A stretch of 50,481 bases of DNA. Source: Dehalococcoidia bacterium. Its GTDB lineage: Bacteria; Chloroflexota; Dehalococcoidia; DSTF01; RBG-16-68-14. Made by a program: the position numbers and the translations under genes. Position 1 is the stretch's first letter; each line of letters begins with the position of its first letter. Below the pieces are notes generated by a model. The model saw nothing but the letters and a program-made list of their open reading frames with translations, was not told where the DNA came from and made no database searches. This document shows positions 41,399 to 50,481 of the stretch, in pieces. The stretch spans positions 62,001 through 112,481 of the forward strand of contig JBBEBM010000004.1 of assembly GCA_040882355.1 (NCBI GenBank). The letters run 5' to 3'.

Positions 41399-42235
41399 CT
41401 CACAAACGTCACATATGCAGGCAAGGTCGCGTATCGTCGGCGGCACGGTGGAGGCGTCGTTGCTCAGGGAGAACATCCACCTGTTGTCGATCGCGACACG
41501 TTCGAGACAGTGCAGCGGATGCTTGTAGACAGGCGTCGCAGTCGTCGCACTCCTCGACGCCCGTTCGGCCGAGAACCGTACGCACCCTCTGGGATAGCGC
41601 TGTGTGCTTCGTGTGCTGCACCGTTTCTCGGTTCCGCGACTACAGTCGCCGGCAAGTACCGGTACCGTCACATGCGTTGCTCGACAGCACAACGCCTCGG
41701 CAAAAGCGCGTGTCGCCAGCCTATGGTGCGAGCCGAACTGCTAGAGGGCCAGATCGGAGCCTACGTGAGCGACTTGAGACTGCCACGAGAATCGCTGGAA
41801 GACGTGGTGGCGGAGCTGAAGCGACGCCGCAATGGCGCCGGCGACCAAGCAGAGATCCAAAGTCTCGAACGGGAGATCGATCGATGGCGCAGGCTCTTTG
41901 TCCTTGACGAAATCGAAGAGCCGCGCTACTTGAACGAGGTGAAGCCACTGCGGGCTCGGCTCGGCGCGCTTCAAGAGCCAAGAGACCTGCTGGACCTAGA
42001 TCGTGTGGTAGAATACCTGCATGACGTGGGAAGCCTCTGGTTGGATAGTCCACGTGGTTTGCAGCGCGAGTTCGTGCGAGAGGTGTTCCAGCGGATCGTC
42101 GTGGACGGGAAAGAAGTTGTGACCATAACGCCGAAAGCTTCCTACGCGCCTCTCTTCGTCGTCGACCGGCACGAGCGCTTCGGCGGTGATTTCTGTAGAT
42201 TGGCTCCCCGGGCAGGACTCGAACCTACAACCTAG
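41399..42235 (+). pseudogene. Large serine recombinase C-terminal half
   Basis: NVTYAGKV, GEHPPVVD, SGIALCASC...MRCS...C zinc ribbon, coiled coil; stop inside tRNA; no catalytic domain. Confidence 0.9.
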
Positions 42236-42275
42236 CGGTTAACAGCCGCCCGCTCTACCATTGAGCTACCGGGGA
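42201..42275 (-). tRNA. tRNA-Asn (GUU)
   Basis: TCCCCGGTAGCTCAATGGTAGAGCGGGCGGCTGTTAACCGCTAGGTTGTAGGTTCGAGTCCTGCCCGGGGAGCCA; cloverleaf, encoded CCA. Confidence 0.97.
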
Positions 42276-42342
42276 GCGTAACGCGTTCCCGTCCCTCCTA
42301 ACTGTCCGAACGGGCCCGCCATTTCAGCTTAGCAGCCAGGCG

Positions 42343-43350
42343 CTAGCCATCACCAGCGCTGCTCGATGGCGCGTCGCTGCCTGAGCCGCTGCCACCGGAA
42401 TCGCTGGGGGTGCTCCCGCCGGCAGGCCCAGCGCCGCCCGCGCCGCCCGAGTTCATCCGGCGCCAGAGGAGGAAGCCTCCCCCGCCCACGCCCGCGACGG
42501 CGCCGACTCCGATCACGACCCATGCCCAGACAGGCAGGCCGCCGTCGTCGTCGTCCGTGGGGCCCTCTGCTTGCGGCGGTGGCGTGGGTGCCAGCGTTGA
42601 CGTGGGGCCGCCCGGCGTGGCGGTCGGGCCGCCGGGCGTGTTCGTGGGGCCTTGCGGCTGTGGCGTGCCTTCCGGCGGAAGCGGTGTCACGTTGCCGGCG
42701 ATAATCTCCGGATCGGGCCGGTCCACATCGGCGCCGCCGCAGGTCACGCTCGCGTTCGTCAGGGACGGGTCGACCGGGGCAAGGTTTGCGTCGATGAAGT
42801 GGCTCCCGAGCTGCACGTCGTCCTCACGCGGGACGAGCGTCAAGTCTGACGATCCTTCCGCCTGGCAGACGAAGCTAAAGAGATAGACGGCGCCCGTGTA
42901 GTCGATGCCGGGCCCAGTGGGTTCGGGCAGTGGGAAGGGCACGCAGCCGTACAGCACTGAGCTGTCCACCTCTGCCTGGCTGGCGCGGTTGTCGGTGCGC
43001 GCCGGAACGGAGCAGTCCGACCACACGGCCTCGTCAAGCGGGGCCGCCGATGGCTGGTAGTCGATGACATCGCCGTTCCACCGCAGCTTCGCCTGGAAGC
43101 CCCAGTAGCCGCCATCCGGCGCCTCCGGAACGTGGATCGCAACCGTGAACGCCTGGGACCCGCCGAAGTCGCAGTCGTCCTCGATCGCCACCGTCGCGCC
43201 CTCGCAGTCCGCTGTCATGGCACCGCCCTCCGACTGAGCGCTGGCGCTCCCGGCGTTGCCCAGCAGGAAGCCCAGACTCACAACCAGCGCCGCCAGCGCC
43301 AGAAGGCCGCCTACAGCGGCCGTTCGCGTCGTACGTGTTGAATCCACCAT
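42343..43350 (-). CDS. Secreted protein with Cys-containing beta domain, Pro/Thr linker and C-terminal TM
   Basis: Signal ending ASA, PT linker, LPVWAWVVIG...WRR anchor. Confidence 0.8.
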   Translation of the reverse strand: MVDSTRTTRTAAVGGLLALAALVVSLGFLLGNAGSASAQSEGGAMTADCEGATVAIEDDCDFGGSQAFTVAIHVPEAPDGGYWGFQAKLRWNGDVIDYQPSAAPLDEAVWSDCSVPARTDNRASQAEVDSSVLYGCVPFPLPEPTGPGIDYTGAVYLFSFVCQAEGSSDLTLVPREDDVQLGSHFIDANLAPVDPSLTNASVTCGGADVDRPDPEIIAGNVTPLPPEGTPQPQGPTNTPGGPTATPGGPTSTLAPTPPPQAEGPTDDDDGGLPVWAWVVIGVGAVAGVGGGGFLLWRRMNSGGAGGAGPAGGSTPSDSGGSGSGSDAPSSSAGDG

Positions 43351-43389
43351 GTCCCTCCTCATGCTCCCAAGCGTGAGCGTTCGGCGGCC

Positions 43390-43395
43390 ATTATA
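43390..43395 (-). promoter_or_regulatory. Consensus -10 box TATAAT
   Basis: ATTATA 40 nt upstream of the 43350 start in GC-rich DNA. Confidence 0.5.
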
Positions 43396-43403
43396 GCGGA
43401 GCC

Positions 43404-44348
43404 TTATGTCTGAAGCGACGGCCCGAACGCCGCCAGCGCCCCCTGGTAGTCGTCCTCCGTGTTCAGGTCTAGCAGGACGACGGCTGAATCGACCGCCACC
43501 TCTCGAATGGCATCCTGGTGGGCGGCGACGACCCCGCGCAGGCCCTGCGCTTCTTCGGAGGCCGCGCGAAGCTCGCGTAGCAGGGCGGCCGAGAGCACGA
43601 GCGGGTGCCCGTGCCTGCCCTGGTGCGTCGGTCTGGTGACGAGGGCGCCGCTCGTTCGGTGCGCTCCAATCAGCGCACGGACAACCTCACGCGGGCGCGG
43701 CTGGTCCACGTTGAGGACGACGATCGTGTCCGCGTCGTCCGGCAGGGCGACGGCGCCCGCCCGCAAGGACGAGGCCCGTCCCTCTCGATACGCCTCGTTC
43801 ACGACGATGAGCGCTTCGCCGGGCACGTGGGGCCGGATCTCGTCCGCGGCGTGGCCGAGCACGACGATCACCTCGCAGCGGGCAGCGAGCAGCTCGCGCA
43901 CTTGGTACTCGATGAGGGTCGTGGCGCCCCACGAAAGCAGGGCCTTGGGCCGCCCCATGCGCGTCGATTCGCCGGCGGCAAGGAGGAGGGCATCGATGTG
44001 GTAGTAGACGCGCTCACCTCTGGGAGTAGCGGCGAAGTGGACCTGCTCGGCCCAGTCGGCTGGGTCCCATATGCTACCCCCTTCCAGCTGCTGGTAGCTC
44101 TCGTTCTGCGAGAAGACATGATCAACTGTGTAACCCCTGCAGAGGAAGATCAGTCCTTGCGCCAGTAGCGTGCGAACTGCCTCTCCGGCGCGAGACTCTT
44201 TATCTGCCTGACGGGCGTCGGGATCGTTCGTGTTCAAGGTCCAAACGATCTCGTACAGCCCGAACAAGTCCTCGGTTGCCATGCTGAGGACTTCTCGCTC
44301 AAGGGGCGACAGGGTTGACCAGCGGACCGGGGAGATGTCAGGCGCCAT
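43404..44348 (-). CDS. MocA-like nucleotidyltransferase with extra N-terminal domain
   Basis: LLLAAGESTRMGRPKALL, GRASSL, VDQP, GHP, DLNT; ~117 aa unrelated N-terminus. Confidence 0.85.
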   Translation of the reverse strand: MAPDISPVRWSTLSPLEREVLSMATEDLFGLYEIVWTLNTNDPDARQADKESRAGEAVRTLLAQGLIFLCRGYTVDHVFSQNESYQQLEGGSIWDPADWAEQVHFAATPRGERVYYHIDALLLAAGESTRMGRPKALLSWGATTLIEYQVRELLAARCEVIVVLGHAADEIRPHVPGEALIVVNEAYREGRASSLRAGAVALPDDADTIVVLNVDQPRPREVVRALIGAHRTSGALVTRPTHQGRHGHPLVLSAALLRELRAASEEAQGLRGVVAAHQDAIREVAVDSAVVLLDLNTEDDYQGALAAFGPSLQT

Positions 44349-44349
44349 C

Positions 44350-44407
44350 CCCTCACTCCGGCCTTCGGCCACCCCTCTCCCTCAGGGAGAGGGGACGGGG
44401 GTGAGGG
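44350..44407. repeat. Branched REP-like palindrome
   Basis: CCCTCACTCCG...CGGGGGTGAGGG enclosing GGCCTTCGGCC and CCCCTCTCCCT-C-AGGGAGAGGGG. Confidence 0.8.
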
Positions 44408-44440
44408 TGGCGCTTCGCCGAGCGTGCGAGTCGATGCAAG

Positions 44441-44788
44441 CTAGATCTCGAATACGTTGCCGTCCGGGTCGGCGACGCGGGCGAAGGGTACGTCGGGCGC
44501 GTGTTCGCCGCGCTCGAGCACCTTGCCGCCCGCCTTCTCGACGTCGGCGACGGCGTCGCCGTGCTTGATCGCGTGGTCGACGTGGAAGCCGATGTGGCGA
44601 GGCCCGCCGCCCGCGCCCTCCGCGTCGAGCAGCAGGCCGACGGCGCTGTCGGTGCCCGGCAGGCCGACGAACGCGATCCCCTCGTTGCGAAAGACTTCCT
44701 CCAGCTCGAAGGCGTCGCAGTAAAACCGGACCGCCTTATCCAGGTCACGGACCGGCATGATGTAGCTGAGGGCGGTGATCTTGGCCAT
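44441..44788 (-). CDS. VOC/glyoxalase family protein
   Basis: VRDLDKAVRFY, HIGFHV, DPDGNVFEI. Confidence 0.9.
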   Translation of the reverse strand: MAKITALSYIMPVRDLDKAVRFYCDAFELEEVFRNEGIAFVGLPGTDSAVGLLLDAEGAGGGPRHIGFHVDHAIKHGDAVADVEKAGGKVLERGEHAPDVPFARVADPDGNVFEI

Positions 44789-44789
44789 G

Positions 44790-45260
44790 TCAGCTCCTTC
44801 CCGCGCCGGACGCGCCGGTCGTCATGGCCGGGCCGGTCTCGCGCTCTTCGTGCGCCGCCAGATACTCGTCGAAGGCGGCTACTTTGTGGGTGTCCTCGAA
44901 ATCTTCCTGGAGCACGATCTTACCCCAACGAGTCTTCGCATAGATCACGCCGCGGTTCTCGTACACAACCGTGCCGTCCGGCGCCTTGGCGTGGTCGCTG
45001 AACCGCACCCATATCGTGGCGCTCCACGGCCAGCCGCTCACGATGATCTGGTGCGCCTCGAATTGGATCCCGACCCTCGCGTACCGGCGGAGGAAGGCCT
45101 CGATCGCGTTCTTGCCGCGGTGTTCGCCTCCCCACGAGCTGTCTCCCGGAAACACGAGGACCGCATCGTCCGCGTAGCTGCTGAGCATCGGGCCGATGTC
45201 ACCCTCATTGACCCGCCGGATCGACCGCCTCAGCATTAGGCCGGCTAGCCAGCTCAACAT
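44790..45260 (-). CDS. SnoaL/NTF2-like protein
   Basis: YADDAVLVFPG, GKNAIEAF, GKIV..EDFEDT. Confidence 0.85.
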   Translation of the reverse strand: MLSWLAGLMLRRSIRRVNEGDIGPMLSSYADDAVLVFPGDSSWGGEHRGKNAIEAFLRRYARVGIQFEAHQIIVSGWPWSATIWVRFSDHAKAPDGTVVYENRGVIYAKTRWGKIVLQEDFEDTHKVAAFDEYLAAHEERETGPAMTTGASGAGRS

Positions 45261-45263
45261 AAC

Positions 45264-47561
45264 CTAGAACCTCCCCAGCGCCCGTAGGATGCGCTCCGGC
45301 GTGATCGGCGCCTCCGTCACGCGGACGCCAATCGCGTCTTCGATCGCGTTGCCAACGGCCGCAGGGCCGGGGATGATCGACGGCTCGCCGACGCCGCGCG
45401 CGCCGTAGGGCCCGTCGTCTGAGGGCACCTCGACGATCTGCGTCTCGATGTCCGGAATGTCCATCGCCGTCGGCATGCGGTAGTCGAGCAGGCCGGGGTT
45501 GAGCAGGCGGCCCTGGTCGTCGTAGACCATCTCCTCCCAGAGCCCGATGCCGATGCCCTGCGTCGTGCCGCCTTGCATCTGCCCCTCGACCGACAGCGGG
45601 TTGACCGCGAAGCCCGCGTCCTGGGCGGTCGCCCAGCGCAGCACGGTCACTTCGCCGGTCTCGGTGTCGACCTCCACCTCGCAGGCCTGGGCCGTGAAGC
45701 CGGGCGCCTGCGCGCGCGCCGTGATCGTGCCGCGGCCGACGACGGGCGGGTAGAGCGCCGCGAAGCCCGTGCTGATGCCGGCCAGGCGGCGGAACGTGAG
45801 CGTCTTGTCGGGCGAGCCCTTCACCCGCACCTCGGCGCCCGCGCACTCCAGGTCGTCCGGGTTCGCTTCCAGCCGCTCCGCCGCGATGGCGAAGAGCTGC
45901 TGCCGGGCGTCTTCGGCGGCCTGCTTGACAGCGCGGCCCACCGTGAAAAGCGTCTTGCTGCCGGCGCTCATGCCGGCGAAGGGGGCGGTCATCGTGTCGC
46001 CCGTCGTGACGTGTACCAGCTCCAGCCGCACGCCCAGCTCTTCGGCGGCGATCTGCGCGAAGGCGGTGTTCGTGCCGGTCACGTCGTTCGCGCCAACGAC
46101 GACGTTGACGGTGCCGTCGCCGTTCAGCTCGACGTGAGCGCTGGCCGGCTGAAGCCCGCCCAGCCAGCCGCCGATCGCCAGGCCGACGCCGCGCTTCTTG
46201 CCGCCTGCCCGTCGGTCGGGCAGGCCTTCGCCCGGCGCGTCCTTCGTGCGCCAGAGCTCGCTCTCGCGGATCGTCTCCAGGCACTCCCGCAGGCCGATGC
46301 TCGGGTAGGGCGCCTTGCTCGGCATCAGGTCGCCCTTGCCGACGGCGTTCTGCAGGCGCACCTCTATCGGGTCGAGGCCGAGCTGCCGCGCCATCATGTC
46401 GACCTGGCTCTCGATGGCGAAGGTGACGTTGTGCGCGCCGGGCGCGCGGATGGCGCCCACGCTGACCTTGTTCGTGAGCACCTCGTACGACTCGATCTCG
46501 AGGTTCGGGAAGTTGTAGTAGCCGCCGATCAGGATGCCGCCGACGACGGCGGGCGCGCCGGGGAAGGCGCCGCTGTCGTACGCGACCTTGGCCTTGATCG
46601 CGGTCAGCGAGCCGTCCTTCTTCATGCCGGTCTTCAGCTCGACCACGCACTGCAGCGACGGAGTGGCGCCGAGCAGGTCGTCGGCGCGGGTGAAGACGAG
46701 CTTCACGGGCCGGCCGACGAGTCGCGACAGCGCGCCGGCGATGGGCTGCGTGAGCACGATCTTGCCGCCGAAGCCGCCGCCCAACTCCATGCCGATGACG
46801 CGCAGCTTCGTCTCCGGGATGCCGAGCATGTTGCTCACCATGTCACGCACGAAGAACTGCCCCTGTGTGCCGGTCCAGATCGTCATCTCGCCGCTGACCT
46901 TGTTGTAGTCCGCGACGGTGACGTGCGGCTCGATGTAGCCCTGGTGCATGGAGCCGCTACGCCACGTGTTCTCGACGATCACGTCCGCCTCGGCGAAGCC
47001 CTGCTCGATGTCGCCGCGGCTGAACTTCGCCTGCGACGCGATGTTGCTCGGCTTCGTCGATTCGATCTCCTGCACGTCGACCGACGTGTGGCCGCGCGAC
47101 TCGGATCGGTCGATGTCGGAGACGGGCTTGCGGGCGAGCGGCGAATCGTCGCGCATCGCCTCGACCGGGTCCATCACGACCGGCAGCGGCTCGTACTGCA
47201 CGTCGATCAGGTCGAGCGCTTCCTCGGCGATCGACAGGTCCTCGGCGAGCACGGCGGCGACAGGCTGGCCGTAGAAGACGACCTCGTCGTCGGCGAGGAG
47301 GTTGTAGATGCGGTTCGACATCCGGCGCGGCTCGAACTTCGGCAGACCGGCCGCGGTCACGACGCGGACGACGCCCTCCAGCGCTTCCGCCTTCGATGTG
47401 TCGATGCCGAGGATGCGGGCGTGGGCGTGGTCGCTGCGCAACAGCTTGCAGTGGAGCATGTTTGGCAACTGGACGTCGGCGGCGTAGGCCGACTCGCCCG
47501 TGACCTTGTGCGTCCCCTCTACGCGGGTGATCGGCTTGCCGACGGTGGTGAAGGTGGCCAT
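45264..47561 (-). CDS. Xanthine dehydrogenase-family molybdopterin subunit
   Basis: KVTG, HQGYIEPH, GGGFGGK, IRAPG, GVGEP. Confidence 0.95.
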   Translation of the reverse strand: MATFTTVGKPITRVEGTHKVTGESAYAADVQLPNMLHCKLLRSDHAHARILGIDTSKAEALEGVVRVVTAAGLPKFEPRRMSNRIYNLLADDEVVFYGQPVAAVLAEDLSIAEEALDLIDVQYEPLPVVMDPVEAMRDDSPLARKPVSDIDRSESRGHTSVDVQEIESTKPSNIASQAKFSRGDIEQGFAEADVIVENTWRSGSMHQGYIEPHVTVADYNKVSGEMTIWTGTQGQFFVRDMVSNMLGIPETKLRVIGMELGGGFGGKIVLTQPIAGALSRLVGRPVKLVFTRADDLLGATPSLQCVVELKTGMKKDGSLTAIKAKVAYDSGAFPGAPAVVGGILIGGYYNFPNLEIESYEVLTNKVSVGAIRAPGAHNVTFAIESQVDMMARQLGLDPIEVRLQNAVGKGDLMPSKAPYPSIGLRECLETIRESELWRTKDAPGEGLPDRRAGGKKRGVGLAIGGWLGGLQPASAHVELNGDGTVNVVVGANDVTGTNTAFAQIAAEELGVRLELVHVTTGDTMTAPFAGMSAGSKTLFTVGRAVKQAAEDARQQLFAIAAERLEANPDDLECAGAEVRVKGSPDKTLTFRRLAGISTGFAALYPPVVGRGTITARAQAPGFTAQACEVEVDTETGEVTVLRWATAQDAGFAVNPLSVEGQMQGGTTQGIGIGLWEEMVYDDQGRLLNPGLLDYRMPTAMDIPDIETQIVEVPSDDGPYGARGVGEPSIIPGPAAVGNAIEDAIGVRVTEAPITPERILRALGRF

Positions 47562-47590
47562 GGTGCCGTCCTTTCTTCGATGCGTTTCCG

Positions 47591-48034
47591 CTACTCGGGT
47601 CGTTGATAGCCGAGCGCCTCAGCCGCGTCCGCGAGGGCGCCCTGGGCGGCTTCGGAGGACGTCGCGACCACGTCGGCGCGGCGCGCTCCGAACAATTCTA
47701 CCTCAATGTTGAGCACGGCGTTGTAGAGAGCCTGCCGGACCGGCTCGTTCGCCGGGTCCGCGAGCAGTTCGGTGTCGATGACGTGGGTGATGTCGTGGGC
47801 CTGTCGAAGGAAGGTCTGCTCGGCGCCGTTCACATCGCCTCCCCGCGCCTGCTCGGCCACCTCGCCAAAGGCGGCGTAGGAGTCGGCGAACGCCTCGTCG
47901 CTGAGCAGCGGCACGGCCGGGTTCGAGGTCGAGGCGCCGCCGTCGGCCGCGTCGCCACCGTCATCGCAGGCGAAGAGCAGGAGGGCGGTAAGAAATAAGG
48001 TGACATAACACGGGCCGAGAAGACGGCGGCGCAT
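47591..48034 (-). CDS. Hypothetical lipoprotein
   Basis: Lipobox LFAC; helical domain. Confidence 0.7.
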   Translation of the reverse strand: MRRRLLGPCYVTLFLTALLLFACDDGGDAADGGASTSNPAVPLLSDEAFADSYAAFGEVAEQARGGDVNGAEQTFLRQAHDITHVIDTELLADPANEPVRQALYNAVLNIEVELFGARRADVVATSSEAAQGALADAAEALGYQRPE

Positions 48035-48061
48035 GCGATTGAAGGGCGGCGGCACCGTCGG

Positions 48062-50137
48062 CTACCCGAGATGTCGCTGGATCGGTAGCTCGCGGATGCG
48101 CTGGCCGGTCAGGTCGAAGACGGCGTTGGCGACGGCCGCGGCGACGGGCACGATCCCCGGCTCGCCTGCGCCCGTGGACGGCGTGTCCGGGTCGCCGACG
48201 AGCGCGACCTCGATCTCCGGCGCGTTGGTGATGCGCGGGACGCGATAGCGGGCGAAGCCGTTGTTCAGCACGCGGCCGCCCTGGAACTCGATCGCCTCGT
48301 AGAGCGCAGTGCCGAGGCCCATCACGATCGAGCCTTCGACCTGGTTCGCCGCGCCGTCCGGGTTCACCGTCAGCCCGCAGTCGAGCGCTGCCGCGACGCG
48401 CTGAACTGTTACCTCGGTGCCCTGGATGTCGAGCTGAAGACACATCGCGACGTAGCTGCCCACATCGAGACCCAGCGCGACGCCGACGCCTCGCTGCGAA
48501 GGCGCCGTCGCGGCGCTCCAGCCGAAGCGCTGGGCGGCGGCTTCGAGCACGCCGCGGAAGCGCGCGTGCGTGAGATTGCGCAGCCGCAGCTCGACCGGAT
48601 CGAGGCCCACGGCGACGGCGATCTCGTCCATGTGCGACTCGCGCGCGAAGTGGTTCGCGGCGCCGCCGAGAGATCGGTACGAGCCCGACCGCAGCGGGCT
48701 GTCCGACGTGAACGTCGCGACTCTCACGTTCGGGACGGCGTAGGGCGTGTCGGAGCCGCGCCGGCCGAGGAAGGGGCGGTCGCCGGCGTGGTAACCCTTC
48801 GACTCCCAGGCGACGATCGTGCCGTCCGCCTTGAAGCCGCTCTTCACGTCGATCAGCGCGGCCGGGCGGAATGTGGACCACGCCATCTCCTCGGCTCGAC
48901 TGTAGGCGACGCGGACAGGCCGCCCGGCGAGCTTGGCGAGCTGCGCGGCCTCGTGGGCGGGCCGGTACGGGCTCTTCGCGCCGAAGCCGCCGCCAACCTC
49001 CGGCGCGATCACGCGCACGAGCCCCTCGTCGATCTCGAAGCGCTGCGCCAGCTCCGCGCGGATGCCGAACGGGCGCTGTGTGCCGGCCCAGACGGTGAGC
49101 CGTCCGTCCTCCCATTGGGCGACCGAGGCGCGCGGCTCCATTGGCGCGTTCGAGACGAACGGGACATAGTAGCGCGTCTCGAGTACGCTGTCGGCCGCGC
49201 GAAAGCCGTCCTCCAGCGACCCCGCCTCCTGGGTGACGAACTCGTCGTGGGCGCTGCTCAGCAGCAAGTCGGGCATGTCCCACTGCGACGGTTGCCCGGG
49301 CGTCTCCTCCCACCGCGCCTCGACCAGGTCGAGGGCGCGTTCCGCTTGCTCGTCCGTCTCGGCGAGCATGGCGACGAGATCGCCATCATGGACGACCTGC
49401 ACGACGCCCGGCAGCAGCTCGGCGATCGACGTGTCGATGTCGAGCAGCTTGGCGTGGTAGGTGGGCGGGCGGAGCACCGCCGCGAAGAGCATGCCCGGCA
49501 GCATGATGTCCTGCGAGAACTGCGCCTGGCCTGTCACGCGCGCGACCGCGTCGATTCGAGGCGCGGGCTTCCCCATAAGCGTGAACTCGCCGGGCTGGTG
49601 GAGCGGCGCCTCGTCGTCCAAGTCGTGGACGAGCCGCTGGTCCGCGAGGAGGTCGGCGTAGCTCACCGAGCGAGAGCCATCGCCCTGCGAGACGACGCGG
49701 CCCTCGCGGCAGGCGAGCTGATCGACGGGCAGGTCGAGGCGGTCGGCCGCCAGCTCGAGCAGCCTCTGCCGCGCGGTAGCGGCCGCCTTGCGGAGCTGGA
49801 GGCCGACGCGCGAGGTCGACTGGCTGCCGAAGGTACCCATATCCCAGGGCACGCGGTCGGTGTCGCTGAGCACGACCTCGACGGTCTCGAGCGGGACGCA
49901 CAGCTCCTCCGCGACCTCGAGCGCGAGGCCGGAGCGGATGCCCTGGCCGTACTCAACCTTGCCGGCGTACGCGACGGGGCTGCCGTCAGGGCGCACCGTG
50001 AGCCACGTCGCCTTCTGGCTGCCGGGCTCCGTGTTCGCGTAGGCCACGCTGCGATAGGTGTTGGGCGGCGCGGGGAAGCCGATCGCCGCGTCGCTGACGA
50101 TGCTGAGGCCTTCGTCGATGGCGAGCGTTTCGTTCAT
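48062..50137 (-). CDS. IorB-like molybdopterin oxidoreductase large subunit
   Basis: GKVEYGQG, TFGSQS, GGGFGAK, GAGEP; ATGA coupling to 2Fe-2S gene. Confidence 0.92.
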   Translation of the reverse strand: MNETLAIDEGLSIVSDAAIGFPAPPNTYRSVAYANTEPGSQKATWLTVRPDGSPVAYAGKVEYGQGIRSGLALEVAEELCVPLETVEVVLSDTDRVPWDMGTFGSQSTSRVGLQLRKAAATARQRLLELAADRLDLPVDQLACREGRVVSQGDGSRSVSYADLLADQRLVHDLDDEAPLHQPGEFTLMGKPAPRIDAVARVTGQAQFSQDIMLPGMLFAAVLRPPTYHAKLLDIDTSIAELLPGVVQVVHDGDLVAMLAETDEQAERALDLVEARWEETPGQPSQWDMPDLLLSSAHDEFVTQEAGSLEDGFRAADSVLETRYYVPFVSNAPMEPRASVAQWEDGRLTVWAGTQRPFGIRAELAQRFEIDEGLVRVIAPEVGGGFGAKSPYRPAHEAAQLAKLAGRPVRVAYSRAEEMAWSTFRPAALIDVKSGFKADGTIVAWESKGYHAGDRPFLGRRGSDTPYAVPNVRVATFTSDSPLRSGSYRSLGGAANHFARESHMDEIAVAVGLDPVELRLRNLTHARFRGVLEAAAQRFGWSAATAPSQRGVGVALGLDVGSYVAMCLQLDIQGTEVTVQRVAAALDCGLTVNPDGAANQVEGSIVMGLGTALYEAIEFQGGRVLNNGFARYRVPRITNAPEIEVALVGDPDTPSTGAGEPGIVPVAAAVANAVFDLTGQRIRELPIQRHLG

Positions 50138-50481
50138 GCCGGGTCGCTCGCCATCGCGGCGGCGCGTTCGACGGCGCGCTGGATGCGCTGGTACGTGCCG
50201 CAGCGGCACATGTGCTCGGCGAGGGCCTCGCGTACCTGCGCGCTGCTCGGCTGCGCTTCGCGGTTGAGGAGGGCGGTCGCCGACATGATGAAGCCGGGGA
50301 TGCAGTAGCCGCACTGCATCGCCTGCTCATCGACGAAGGCCTGCTGCACCGGGTGCAGCTCGCCGTCCGTCGCGAGTCCTTCGATGGTAGTGATGGCGCC
50401 GCCCGCGACCGCGCCGACCGTCGTCATGCAAGAGCGTAGCGGCTGGCCGTCGACGAGGACGGTGCACACGCCGCAGAGGCC
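50134..50481 (-). CDS. (2Fe-2S) small subunit, partial
   Basis: CGVCTVL, QCGYCIPG, CRCGTY. Confidence 0.93.
   Translation of the reverse strand, partial: GLCGVCTVLVDGQPLRSCMTTVGAVAGGAITTIEGLATDGELHPVQQAFVDEQAMQCGYCIPGFIMSATALLNREAQPSSAQVREALAEHMCRCGTYQRIQRAVERAAAMASDPA

Larger units (their letters stand above)
8396..42215. mobile_element. ~34 kb composite genomic island at tRNA-Asn 3' end
   Basis: Terminal direct repeat of tRNA 3' end, serine recombinase remnant abutting tRNA, many truncated genes, patchy base composition. Confidence 0.85.

Noticed and set aside
9385..41400. Integron-like shared site at fragment junctions
   Set aside because: No common motif seen and no tyrosine integrase.
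45573..50308. Long plus-strand ORFs (677 and 580 aa)
   Set aside because: Antisense shadows of molybdoenzyme genes, common in high-GC DNA; same for 16961-18250 and 6224-7405.

Overview
High-GC bacterial DNA whose gene content suggests Chloroflexota/Dehalococcoidia-like origin (inference). Three parts. (1) Left flank, 1-7.9 kb: a membrane-anchored cupredoxin divergent from a SARP-type BTAD-AAA-TPR regulator, a quinone oxidoreductase, an MMPL transporter and dodecin. (2) A ~34 kb mosaic island (~8.4-42.2 kb) integrated at the 3' end of tRNA-Asn(GUU) (42201-42275, minus), with tRNA 3'-end copies at 8324-8339 and 8396-8409 and two large serine recombinase fragments. Intact cargo: ackA-tal-glk-xfp, an orphan BcsA-like PilZ synthase, a GGDEF/HD-GYP pair, and a lipid module (acyl-CoA ligase, Liv-type ABC, phasin-like protein, WS/DGAT, lipase, ArsA/Get3d-like ATPase), interleaved with about a dozen truncated gene fragments. 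Just outside the left att is a frameshifted small GIY-YIG nuclease flanked by degenerate tRNA-Asn copies carrying CCGCC-N3-GGCGG hairpins. (3) Right flank: a secreted Pro/Thr-rich protein and a molybdo-hydroxylase cluster (MocA, XDH-like and IorB-like large subunits, 2Fe-2S subunit). All family calls are from motif recognition, not database searches.
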